From positions 1-34,089 of IMG/VR virus record IMGVR_UViG_3300019996_000004: DNA of 34,089 nucleotides, one strand, 5' to 3'. Origin of the DNA: a virus (taxonomy: Duplodnaviria; Caudoviricetes). This document shows positions 1 to 8,403 of this stretch, one piece after another. A model generated the notes under the pieces. It worked only from the letters and a program-made list of their open reading frames with translations, did not search any database and was not told where the DNA came from. The number at the start of each line of letters is the position of its first letter. Positions within the stretch are counted from its first letter, which is position 1. A program made the translations under genes and the position numbers.

Positions 1-127
1 ATGAAGCTGCGGCACTTCATGAAGGGTTTAAGATAAGGCTTAAAAAGGAAAGACAAAAATCTGAAGCTGAAGCAAAAAAAGCTGAAGGATTGGCAAGACA
101 GCTTGATGAGTTACAAAAAAAGTTTAA
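1..127. repeat. Terminal direct repeat, left copy (circular assembly overlap)
   Basis: 1-127 is identical to 33963-34089. Confidence 0.97.
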
Positions 128-629
128 TAGCGGAAGGGCTACATCAGAGCAATCAGCTGAATATGTTGGGGCAAAGAATGCCATTGCGGAAGCAAAAAAT
201 TCTGGAATTCCGCCAGAGGCTTTGCCTGGAATAATAGAAGAGCATATGCAGATTCAAAAGCTTGATGCTGCTCTCACGAGTGCCCGCGAAAAAGACCCTG
301 AATTAAATGCTTTAGTTAGTGACCCTGAATCAATGAAAAAGGTGTCGCCAGAAGAATTCATGCTCATGAAGCATTTGCCTAATGCGCCAGCTGTATTAAA
401 GCATTTGTTGACAGATAACCTTGATCTTCAGACATTAAAGGCAACAGAAAGGGCGTGGGCAAACGACGGTGGAACAGAATTTTTTAAGTTTGTCAACAAT
501 TTAAGTCGTCAACTTGATTCGACGGCTAAATATCCTCATCCATCAAATTATACGCCGTCACCAAGTCTTGACGATGTTGGGTCACCTGATGCGTTCAATC
601 TTGAGACATATATTAATGAAAAATACTAA
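1..629 (+). CDS. Scaffolding protein, C-terminal part
   Basis: Coiled-coil/helical charged protein immediately upstream of the coat gene, which is the P22 scaffold position. Confidence 0.75.
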   Translation, partial: EAAALHEGFKIRLKKERQKSEAEAKKAEGLARQLDELQKKFNSGRATSEQSAEYVGAKNAIAEAKNSGIPPEALPGIIEEHMQIQKLDAALTSAREKDPELNALVSDPESMKKVSPEEFMLMKHLPNAPAVLKHLLTDNLDLQTLKATERAWANDGGTEFFKFVNNLSRQLDSTAKYPHPSNYTPSPSLDDVGSPDAFNLETYINEKY

Positions 630-658
630 TTGACAATCAATTTTATATCATATATAAA
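630..658 (+). promoter_or_regulatory. Sigma70-like promoter upstream of the coat gene
   Basis: TTGACA (630-635), 17-nt spacer, TATAAA (653-658). Confidence 0.6.
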
Positions 659-676
659 TATAAAGTAATTAAAAAT

Positions 677-779
677 AGTCTTCCTTAGACTTTAAATATG
701 CGGTCATTGAGACAGTCTTCCTAAGACTTTAAATAAGCGTGCCTTCGGGTTCGTCTTTTAGCAAGACGTTAAAGATGCG
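677..779 (+). repeat. Three tandem hairpin-containing units at 37-38-nt period in the coat leader
   Basis: AGTCTTCCTTAGACTTTAAATATGCG (677), AGTCTTCCTAAGACTTTAAATAAGCG (714), CGTCTTTTAGCAAGACGTTAAAGATGCG (752). Confidence 0.85.
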
Positions 780-824
780 GATTGATACTTAATCTTACTT
801 TAACGACTTTCTAGGAGACGCTTC

Positions 825-2105
825 GTGTCTAATCAACAGCTATTTTCGAATCTTATCGCTCATTCCATGACTGAGTTCATGGAATTAAAAAACCCAATTT
901 ATAACACTTGTAATCGCAAATACGCCAACATGTTCATGCAAAAACAATTTGCAACTGGCGGAAGTATTGATATAAAAATCCCAGGTTACCCATCCACTCA
1001 GACAGGACTTGTCGGCACTGCATCAGACATTCAAGATTTAACGGTGAGCTATACGATTACTGAAGATGACATCATTAGTGTTATTCGTAATTTAAACTCA
1101 GATGAAGCATTGTTTAACATAATCTCAAGCGACAAAGCATTGACTGATCAGCAGCAGAAAGCAATTGTCGATAACTATGGATATCCGGCATATTTGGCGA
1201 TTTCCGCTAAGGTTGAAACGCGCTGCGCAGAACAATTAACCGCAAATGCTTATTACACTCCAATAGATGGCATTGAAAAGCTGAAACCACTTAACAACTA
1301 TGATGCTGTTGCATCCATTGACACAATGGCAGAAGACTTACACTTTTCATCTGATCGTTATCTGATGATGAATACAAAAGATTCTCAACTCGTATCCAGT
1401 TCTCTCCAAAATATGTTTAACCAATCAATAAACGAAAAGATCACAAAGACAGCTCGCATCGGAGGAGCTGAAAAAGGTCGATTGGCAGGGTTCGATTGTT
1501 GGAGATCAACATTTTTAAAACGTCATGTTTCAGGATCAATAAAAGGATTGGCTGGTGTGCAGATCGGAGCAGTTGGCGTAGGCGGCGCAACAATTACGCT
1601 CAAAAACGTTACGGCTTCTTCCGCTGTCTTAATCAACAAGGGCGATTTGATATCCATTCCAAGCGTTTATCTGTGTGACACGATTGATCATACTCAGATT
1701 GGTTGGAGATTGGTTGTCAAAGCTGCTGAAGACGCAAACGGAGACGGCGCAGGAAATGTGTTGGTTACTCTTTCGTATCCTTTGATGGCGTCTGGCGAGC
1801 ACCAGAACGTTATGGCATTACCGGCAATAAACGCACCTGTCGATATTTATCCTGACTATGATCAAAACTATGCTTACGTGCCTTCTGGATTAAGCGTTGT
1901 TGCTCTGAAAATGCCTCCAATTTATGGCGCGGTCAACTCAGACGCAAGCAACCGTGTGGCTAAAGGTAGTGCATCCGCATTTCCTGTTCATGTAACCATG
2001 CAGGGTGCTTCTTTGCAGTTGTCAAACAACTATCGAATATACACTTTGGTAGCGGCAAAGGGTTTTGCTCCTTACATTATATCTGTTCCAAGCGCAAGCC
2101 TATAA
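825..2105 (+). CDS. Major capsid protein, P22 coat-like
   Basis: 426 aa, AGGAG + GTG start, 'NRKY..F..G.SIDIKIP' N-terminal pattern, 'GRLAGFD' motif, position after scaffold, followed by a terminator. Confidence 0.88.
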   Translation: MSNQQLFSNLIAHSMTEFMELKNPIYNTCNRKYANMFMQKQFATGGSIDIKIPGYPSTQTGLVGTASDIQDLTVSYTITEDDIISVIRNLNSDEALFNIISSDKALTDQQQKAIVDNYGYPAYLAISAKVETRCAEQLTANAYYTPIDGIEKLKPLNNYDAVASIDTMAEDLHFSSDRYLMMNTKDSQLVSSSLQNMFNQSINEKITKTARIGGAEKGRLAGFDCWRSTFLKRHVSGSIKGLAGVQIGAVGVGGATITLKNVTASSAVLINKGDLISIPSVYLCDTIDHTQIGWRLVVKAAEDANGDGAGNVLVTLSYPLMASGEHQNVMALPAINAPVDIYPDYDQNYAYVPSGLSVVALKMPPIYGAVNSDASNRVAKGSASAFPVHVTMQGASLQLSNNYRIYTLVAAKGFAPYIISVPSASL

Positions 2106-2113
2106 ACACCTGC

Positions 2114-2145
2114 GATGGGGTGTTACTCACCCCATCTTTATTATT
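2114..2145 (+). terminator. Intrinsic terminator after the coat gene
   Basis: GATGGGGTG-TTACT-CACCCCATC 9-bp stem followed by TTTATTATT. Confidence 0.8.
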
Positions 2146-2159
2146 GTGAGGATTAATCC

Positions 2160-3284
2160 ATGAGTGCATTGCAGCTTACCCCTAAAGGAAATACATATCT
2201 AAGAACAGATATTTTATTTGATCAGTTTTCACAAAATTCAATTGATCTTGAGCTTGAAACAGACAACGTCACTTCTTTGGTAACTCCGAAGTTATTGCTG
2301 GATGGGTCGGGAAGAGCGTATTTGACTGGAGCTGTTACATTATCCAATGCCACTCCTACCGCGGGTATGCCTTTGTTTTCTCTTCCAAGAGCTATCTCAA
2401 TAGCTAAAGATTATTTCATGCCGGTCATGAAAAAAAGCGGATCAACATTGTCAGCAGTAGGAATTGAACTATTGAATTCATCTAGTGGAATTTCTTCTGT
2501 GGCAGTTACTGCAGCGGGCTCATATGCAACGATGCCAACCACTGCAACAACTGGAAATGGTTCAGGTGCAACTTTTACCAATCATATGAAAGCAGTATCT
2601 GCAACTTTAGCGAGTAACCCGACTGGATCAACAAGCTATGCTCCAACCAATACAATAACTCTTACTGGTGGAACGAGCACAACGGCTACAATTTTGCAAG
2701 TCGCAACTACCGGTGTTTATGGGGCAACAATTGACAATGGCGGAACTGGCGGTACGCCAGGAACACAAACTGTCACGGGAACGACAGGGACAGGAACAAA
2801 ATTTACGGCGAGCGTTACTGTGTCCGGTGGTGGTGTCATTACTGCTATTTTGTCTATCTTGACGGCGGGAAGTTATACAGTAAACCCGACCAGTCTTACA
2901 GTTGAGCCTGTAACTGGAGCTGGTTTGACTGGCGCAACATTAGCTATAAATATGAAGCCAGTTACATTCACGGTTCAGACAGCCGGAAATTATACAGCTC
3001 TTCCTTCTTCTCCTGTTTCTCAGTCTGCCTCATCTGGAAGTGGTGTTGGCGCAACTTATACCGTTCTGTGGGGATTGTTGAGTATTGCGGTGAGCGCCCC
3101 AGGAGAAGGATATGACGATACGTCAGCCATCTCTATTAGTGGTGGTGGTGGTGCTGGTGGTGGTACAGCAACTTTAACGCTTGGTTCTTCTAGTGGAGTG
3201 ATAGAAGGGTCTCTTGCCATAGCAGCTACTCAGAATGATGTTCTTTATTTGGATGGAACTGTATTTTTTGTTAATTCCTACTAA
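2160..3284 (+). CDS. Thr/Gly-rich virion decoration or fibre protein with repeated beta modules
   Basis: 374 aa; repeated 'xxGxY...GxGAT' units; directly after coat. Confidence 0.65.
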   Translation: MSALQLTPKGNTYLRTDILFDQFSQNSIDLELETDNVTSLVTPKLLLDGSGRAYLTGAVTLSNATPTAGMPLFSLPRAISIAKDYFMPVMKKSGSTLSAVGIELLNSSSGISSVAVTAAGSYATMPTTATTGNGSGATFTNHMKAVSATLASNPTGSTSYAPTNTITLTGGTSTTATILQVATTGVYGATIDNGGTGGTPGTQTVTGTTGTGTKFTASVTVSGGGVITAILSILTAGSYTVNPTSLTVEPVTGAGLTGATLAINMKPVTFTVQTAGNYTALPSSPVSQSASSGSGVGATYTVLWGLLSIAVSAPGEGYDDTSAISISGGGGAGGGTATLTLGSSSGVIEGSLAIAATQNDVLYLDGTVFFVNSY

Positions 3285-3292
3285 GGCAAAAA

Positions 3293-3973
3293 ATGAAAGT
3301 CCAGCAGATATTGACCAATGCAATATATGAATCATTGCAGGATCGAAAATTTCAACCGATCGTTGATGGTGGATATCTGCTTGTTTCACTTAATCACCTG
3401 AATAATATATTAGATGAATGGAAAGACTTAATTCCTTATGCGACTTCTATTACTTTCACGGATGTCGTTAATCTAAGAAATACATTGTTTACGGAAGTGG
3501 ATTCAGTTTCGTTCGTGATCAACAGATCGACAACGATTTTGAATGAAAGAACTTTGCGTGAGTTTAGAGAGATTCAAGATGTTATTGACTTAAAAGGATT
3601 TCCGGAAAGTTTCTATTTTGATCAACAACTTCAAACATTAGAAATATACCCTGAGCCTTCTACTTTCCCTTATCAATTTATTATTGATGGTCGCATTGCA
3701 CTAGCTGATCTTGGTCAGTTTGATGATGTGCCAATAAATATGCCTAGATTCATGCAGTCAGCATTGATGTATGAAATAGCATTTAGGTTAGCCGCCACAT
3801 ATGGCGTTGAGTGGGACGGAAAGAAAGAAACTTTGCGAACATTTTTGTTTGATCAAATGAAAAAGAAAAAAAGTATAGATTTGAGTTCAAAAGCAGAAAG
3901 CGTTTTTGGGTTACCAAGCACAAGAAATCGAGCTCCATTTCCAACATGGTACTACTTGAGTGGAGGAACTTAG
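3293..3973 (+). CDS. Head-tail adaptor, P22 gp4-like
   Basis: 'I...A..L...L..LN.ILDEW' N-terminus and 'AL.YEIA.RLA..YG' C-terminal motif. Confidence 0.75.
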   Translation: MKVQQILTNAIYESLQDRKFQPIVDGGYLLVSLNHLNNILDEWKDLIPYATSITFTDVVNLRNTLFTEVDSVSFVINRSTTILNERTLREFREIQDVIDLKGFPESFYFDQQLQTLEIYPEPSTFPYQFIIDGRIALADLGQFDDVPINMPRFMQSALMYEIAFRLAATYGVEWDGKKETLRTFLFDQMKKKKSIDLSSKAESVFGLPSTRNRAPFPTWYYLSGGT

Positions 3974-3975
3974 CT

Positions 3976-4245
3976 ATGGCAGATATGCAGCCTGTAAATA
4001 TTCCAAAACCACCTGTTAAGGCAGATTTAGATGAACTTCATAAATGGGCAACCTCATTGAACATTTGGATTGGGCAGAATATGGGGACAGGACTTCAGAC
4101 AACACTTTTATCAGCCAATCAATTATCGGCTGTTACAGAAAAAAAAGATGCGGCAAAGCTTTTCTATAATAACGATACGGGCGACATGCACGCATCCGTT
4201 ATATCTGGCGGAAATTTAGTGATTAAAAAGTTCACGTTAACTTGA
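3976..4245 (+). CDS. Small virion-module hypothetical protein
   Basis: GGAGG RBS then ATG 3976 (more likely than 3946); lies between adaptor and ejection genes. Confidence 0.65.
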   Translation: MADMQPVNIPKPPVKADLDELHKWATSLNIWIGQNMGTGLQTTLLSANQLSAVTEKKDAAKLFYNNDTGDMHASVISGGNLVIKKFTLT

Positions 4246-4261
4246 ATTTAAAGGTGAGATT

Positions 4262-5089
4262 ATGGCTCTTAATTTAGAAGACCCAACTGGTGGATTTTTA
4301 GACCCGTTGGGATTTTTCGATAAAGATAAGACGCTACCGTATACAAGCAATAAAGCCGCATTTGACGAATACGCGAAAGCGATGAAAGATGCTGCTGCTC
4401 GTTATAACGGGTATGTTGATCGTGGAAATCGCGCTGGTGAGTTGTCGATGGGCGAATATGAAAAAAATATAGCTGATCCTAATGCGATACAAGATAGAAT
4501 CGCTGCCGGTTTCGAAATGTCACCGTATCAGAAATACATGCTCGATTTAACAACAAAAAGGCTTAATTACAATTCCTCTGCTACTGGCATGCTGGGGAGT
4601 GGCGCGGCAAATCGTGCGCTAATGGAAGAATTAACGAAAAACACTGGACAATTCCAAAATGAATATATCAATAGAGGCTTGGGAATTTATGGACAAGCAT
4701 TAAATGGACTTAATTCAACCAGTGAACTTGGATTTAGAGGGCTCAATTCAGCAGATGCTCTACTTCAAGAAGCTGCAGGCGGAACTCTTAAAGGCGAGAT
4801 GGGCGAGAATGAAGTAAATGATAAAAACAGAGCTGCATTAGCGGCACGAGATGCAGGGTTGAAGGGAAGCATTATGGGCGCAGTTGGCGGCATAGTTGGG
4901 ACATATTTTGGTGGTCCGCAAGGAGGAGCAGCCGGCATGCAGGCAGGTCAAGCAATTGGACAGGGCTCTCCGGCTGGAAAATATCAGCCCTCTCAACCTA
5001 GTTATGGAACAGGAGGATATTCTCCAGTACCTTCAGGTTCTTCAATGGGTCAATCAAGCGGTACTAATACCGGAAATTGGAGTTACTAG
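4262..5089 (+). CDS. DNA ejection/pilot protein, P22 gp7-like
   Basis: 'F..SP.Q.Y......SATG.LGSGA..RAL' motif, Gly/Ala-rich C-terminal hydrophobic segment. Confidence 0.7.
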   Translation: MALNLEDPTGGFLDPLGFFDKDKTLPYTSNKAAFDEYAKAMKDAAARYNGYVDRGNRAGELSMGEYEKNIADPNAIQDRIAAGFEMSPYQKYMLDLTTKRLNYNSSATGMLGSGAANRALMEELTKNTGQFQNEYINRGLGIYGQALNGLNSTSELGFRGLNSADALLQEAAGGTLKGEMGENEVNDKNRAALAARDAGLKGSIMGAVGGIVGTYFGGPQGGAAGMQAGQAIGQGSPAGKYQPSQPSYGTGGYSPVPSGSSMGQSSGTNTGNWSY

Positions 5090-6433
5090 ATGGCGGGCTC
5101 ATACGGAATTTTAAATGTAGACCCATTAGGTTTTAAGTTAGACAAAGAGGTTTCGCCATTTGATAAGGCAATGAGTACCGCAAGTGGACTTTATGATCTC
5201 TTCGGGAAACATTATGAAAATAAGTTGCGGGGTTCTGAGGCTAATCTAAAAAATCTTGAGGCGCAGCAAAAGGCATCTACATTGCCTGGACTTATTGAGT
5301 CTATTAACGCTAAGAGTGCTGCCGACACTAGGTTCTATCCTCAGCAGGAAGAAGCAAAGCTTGGATATACGAGAGCTCAAATAGATGAAGTAATGGCAAA
5401 GACTGGATTAAATCGCGCTGAAGCAACCGCAGCATTCGCGCGTGCAAATTCTTCTAATGCAGAAGCCGGACTTCATAATGCAAATGCTCGTCAAGCAGGA
5501 ATGGGGAAATACGGCGGACTATTAAATGCGTATCAAAATTCCAAGCCAGGTTCTGAAGAATGGAAATACTATGGCGCATTATTGAATAAAGAAATGGGTG
5601 GTTATTCTCCAGGGAATGGAGGAATGACGGGCGGTTCCTCTGCGCGGGGCATCGGTGGTGGAGGGATGTCAGAAGGTGGAATTGAACCTAATCCATTGGG
5701 AGGAGGACCCAGAGCAACCTTTCATCAAGGATTTGACCCAGCAACAGGAGAAACTATCGAATCTCCTACAATGTCATCTGCTACGCGAAATCAGGTTAGG
5801 GTCGAAGCTACTGCCGAATTAAAGAATATGGAGCCCATTATAAACAAAGGATTTTCCCCATATCTAGGGAAGCTCGGGTCAACAAAACTTATGTATGATT
5901 CGGCTCTTGCTGCCTCATCTCCAGATTCAAAGAATGGGCAAGCCGCGGCGCAAAGATTAGAAAACTATAACTTGGCAAGCCGCATGAAACGTGAAGCGGC
6001 GAATATCATATCAAGGCAAACATCAGGGCAGGCTCCAGGCGTTGAAGCTGCCCGCGAACAAGAGCAAGCTAGTTTCGGTAATCTTCCTGGTCAATTTGCC
6101 GGTTCCTTTATTCCTCAAAAAGTCCTTCAGAAAGGAATGGAATCGTACATTCCCGCTCAAGAAAAAATGGCGCAACAAGCTCTTATTCAAGAAAGGCAAG
6201 GATACAAACAAGGGGGTGAACAACCCAGTTGGGCTGGGAATCAACAGCCTAATCAGAGATTTGCATTTGGACAAGAGCCAAGACAACAGCCTCAGGTAGC
6301 TCAAGGATTTAACGGAAATCCAAACTTGCCCGCTCAGCAACAGGAAGGTCAGCAGAATCCTCAAATACAGCAAACCAAAACCGTTGGAAATGATGAGTAC
6401 GTGCAAATTAATGGGCAGTGGTATCACAAATGA
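5090..6433 (+). CDS. DNA ejection protein (gp20 position)
   Basis: 447 aa, Gln/Gly/Ala-rich helical; C-terminal 'KTVG..YVQINGQWY' tag. Confidence 0.6.
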   Translation: MAGSYGILNVDPLGFKLDKEVSPFDKAMSTASGLYDLFGKHYENKLRGSEANLKNLEAQQKASTLPGLIESINAKSAADTRFYPQQEEAKLGYTRAQIDEVMAKTGLNRAEATAAFARANSSNAEAGLHNANARQAGMGKYGGLLNAYQNSKPGSEEWKYYGALLNKEMGGYSPGNGGMTGGSSARGIGGGGMSEGGIEPNPLGGGPRATFHQGFDPATGETIESPTMSSATRNQVRVEATAELKNMEPIINKGFSPYLGKLGSTKLMYDSALAASSPDSKNGQAAAQRLENYNLASRMKREAANIISRQTSGQAPGVEAAREQEQASFGNLPGQFAGSFIPQKVLQKGMESYIPAQEKMAQQALIQERQGYKQGGEQPSWAGNQQPNQRFAFGQEPRQQPQVAQGFNGNPNLPAQQQEGQQNPQIQQTKTVGNDEYVQINGQWYHK

Positions 6434-8403
6434 GACCAGTAACTGATCCAAATATTTTGGCTCAATTGAATGGGGGACAACCATCTCAGCAGAGTGCGCC
6501 TCAAGGTTTGCGACCAGTGGAAGACCCCAATATTTTGGCTCAGCTTAATAGTGGAAATGAAAGGAGTCAGAATACACCAGAACAAATTAATCAATCTCAG
6601 CCAGAATCTTCGCCATGGTGGGACAGAAAAGATGTATCTAATCGTGCAATGGCTTCGTTCTTGCAACAGCAATCACCGCTTGGAAAATCAAACAATCCTG
6701 ATCCAGGGAAAAAAGATTACAACCTGGTCGAAAATATCGGAGAAGGCGTGATGGATTTTGCGCCATATCTCATTGGCGCAGGCGGATTGGTAAAAGGTGG
6801 CGCAGCTTTGGCAGCTAAATCGCCCGCAATAGCTGAAAGTTTAGCGAAATTTGGTGCCAAAAATCCATATACTTCTGCATTTCTAAAAAACATGGCTGTA
6901 AATGCACCCGCTGGAGCGGCATTTACAGGCGCGAATCAAGGTGATCAGGGAGAATCTTTGGCGGCATCTGCTGCCGCAAGTGCATTACCTGTAGCATTAA
7001 GCCCATTGGTAAAATATGGTGCAAAACAATATGCGCAAAGTGCGATCCCGAAATTCACCGAGAAAGCTACTGAGAAGATTAGAGGACTGTTGCCATCAAG
7101 TGAATATGCAACTAACTTGGCGAATAAATATTTATCTGCTGTTGGAATGAACAAAGCAAATTGGAAAGGGTTAGATAAAACCGCAGAAGCATTGGATAAA
7201 AATGTTTTGCGCAGAACACCAGAAGAAATTAAATTATCCGATATGAATAAATTGGGGGCAAAACTATTTGACAAATCACAAGGAGATTCCCCACAGGTAG
7301 CAAAATCTTTGCATGAAGTAGATGCGCGATATATGAATCAAAAACCATATTTAGATTACATTGGTAAATTTAATGAAAAAGTAAAAGGGTTAGAGCCATC
7401 TCTTCAAGCACCATATCAGCAATCAATCGGAGTTGCTCAAAAAGCTGCTGAAATGGCACCTGAAAGTTTTGGGGGGGCAGTTGCCGCAAGTAAAAACATA
7501 AATCAATCAATGAAAGATTATTTGAGCGAAGGCGGAAAAGCGATAAATCCAGCGAACCGAGAATCTCAAAAATTCCTAAGAGGATTAAAGGACACAATCC
7601 GAAATGACTTGGTTGATGCAAATAAAGATAAAGTTGGAGCAGAAGCGTTATCAGATTTTAAGACGCAGTGGGAAGGCGCCAATAAATCACATCAAGATGT
7701 CCTGAAATTCAACAAATCACCTCAAAAAATGACTGGAGTTGAAGAAGAAGGCCGAACCGTCAGAAATGCGTTTAAAGCTTCTCTTCCTAAAGAAATGGGA
7801 GGGGAAGGAATTCCGCTTGATCCGTCAATTCTTGGAAAATACATGCCAGCTTTAACGCCTAATGGCGCAAAAGGCGTGCAGGGATTTAGGCAACTATCCA
7901 AGTTACTAGGAAGCAAGACGGATGCGCGAGATGCCGCGAAGTCATTTCTATTTCAGAAACAAATCGGAAATGGGGCGAATACGGTAGATGTTGCGGCGCA
8001 GTATGCAAAACTTTCTGAACCTCAAAAAAAATGGTTGTTCGGAAAATCTGAGGAAGGAAAGTACTTGGATGCTATTAATCGAACTCGATTAGCCTTTGGA
8101 CGTGAACCCGCAAAAACAGCTGAAGGAATGGGAATGAATAGACATCTTTCAGGGATGGGGGCCCCAGCACTATTGGGATTTGGAGGTTCATATTACAGCG
8201 GCGATTCATGGGACAAATCCTTGGTTCATGGTATTGAAGCAGGTCTAGGCGCAAAGCTTTTAGGGTATGGCGCAGGCAGGTTCGCAACTCCAAAGTCAGT
8301 TGATCGCGCAATAGCAATGAAAAACTCTGCTCCATCAAGCGGTAGATATCTAAATTTAGCAGCACAAAATCTTATTAACCAACAACAAAAGGGCGGATCA
8401 TAA
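6430..8403 (+). CDS. DNA ejection protein (gp16 position)
   Basis: ATGA overlap with upstream stop; two N-terminal RPVxDPNILAQLN repeats; Ala/Gly-rich hydrophobic stretches. Confidence 0.62.
   Translation: MRPVTDPNILAQLNGGQPSQQSAPQGLRPVEDPNILAQLNSGNERSQNTPEQINQSQPESSPWWDRKDVSNRAMASFLQQQSPLGKSNNPDPGKKDYNLVENIGEGVMDFAPYLIGAGGLVKGGAALAAKSPAIAESLAKFGAKNPYTSAFLKNMAVNAPAGAAFTGANQGDQGESLAASAAASALPVALSPLVKYGAKQYAQSAIPKFTEKATEKIRGLLPSSEYATNLANKYLSAVGMNKANWKGLDKTAEALDKNVLRRTPEEIKLSDMNKLGAKLFDKSQGDSPQVAKSLHEVDARYMNQKPYLDYIGKFNEKVKGLEPSLQAPYQQSIGVAQKAAEMAPESFGGAVAASKNINQSMKDYLSEGGKAINPANRESQKFLRGLKDTIRNDLVDANKDKVGAEALSDFKTQWEGANKSHQDVLKFNKSPQKMTGVEEEGRTVRNAFKASLPKEMGGEGIPLDPSILGKYMPALTPNGAKGVQGFRQLSKLLGSKTDARDAAKSFLFQKQIGNGANTVDVAAQYAKLSEPQKKWLFGKSEEGKYLDAINRTRLAFGREPAKTAEGMGMNRHLSGMGAPALLGFGGSYYSGDSWDKSLVHGIEAGLGAKLLGYGAGRFATPKSVDRAIAMKNSAPSSGRYLNLAAQNLINQQQKGGS

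Noticed and set aside
1-127. Biological terminal repeat
   Set aside because: It falls mid-gene and matches a typical assembler k-mer overlap.
677-779. CRISPR array
   Set aside because: Inter-repeat segments are only about 11-12 nt, three degenerate copies, no cas genes.
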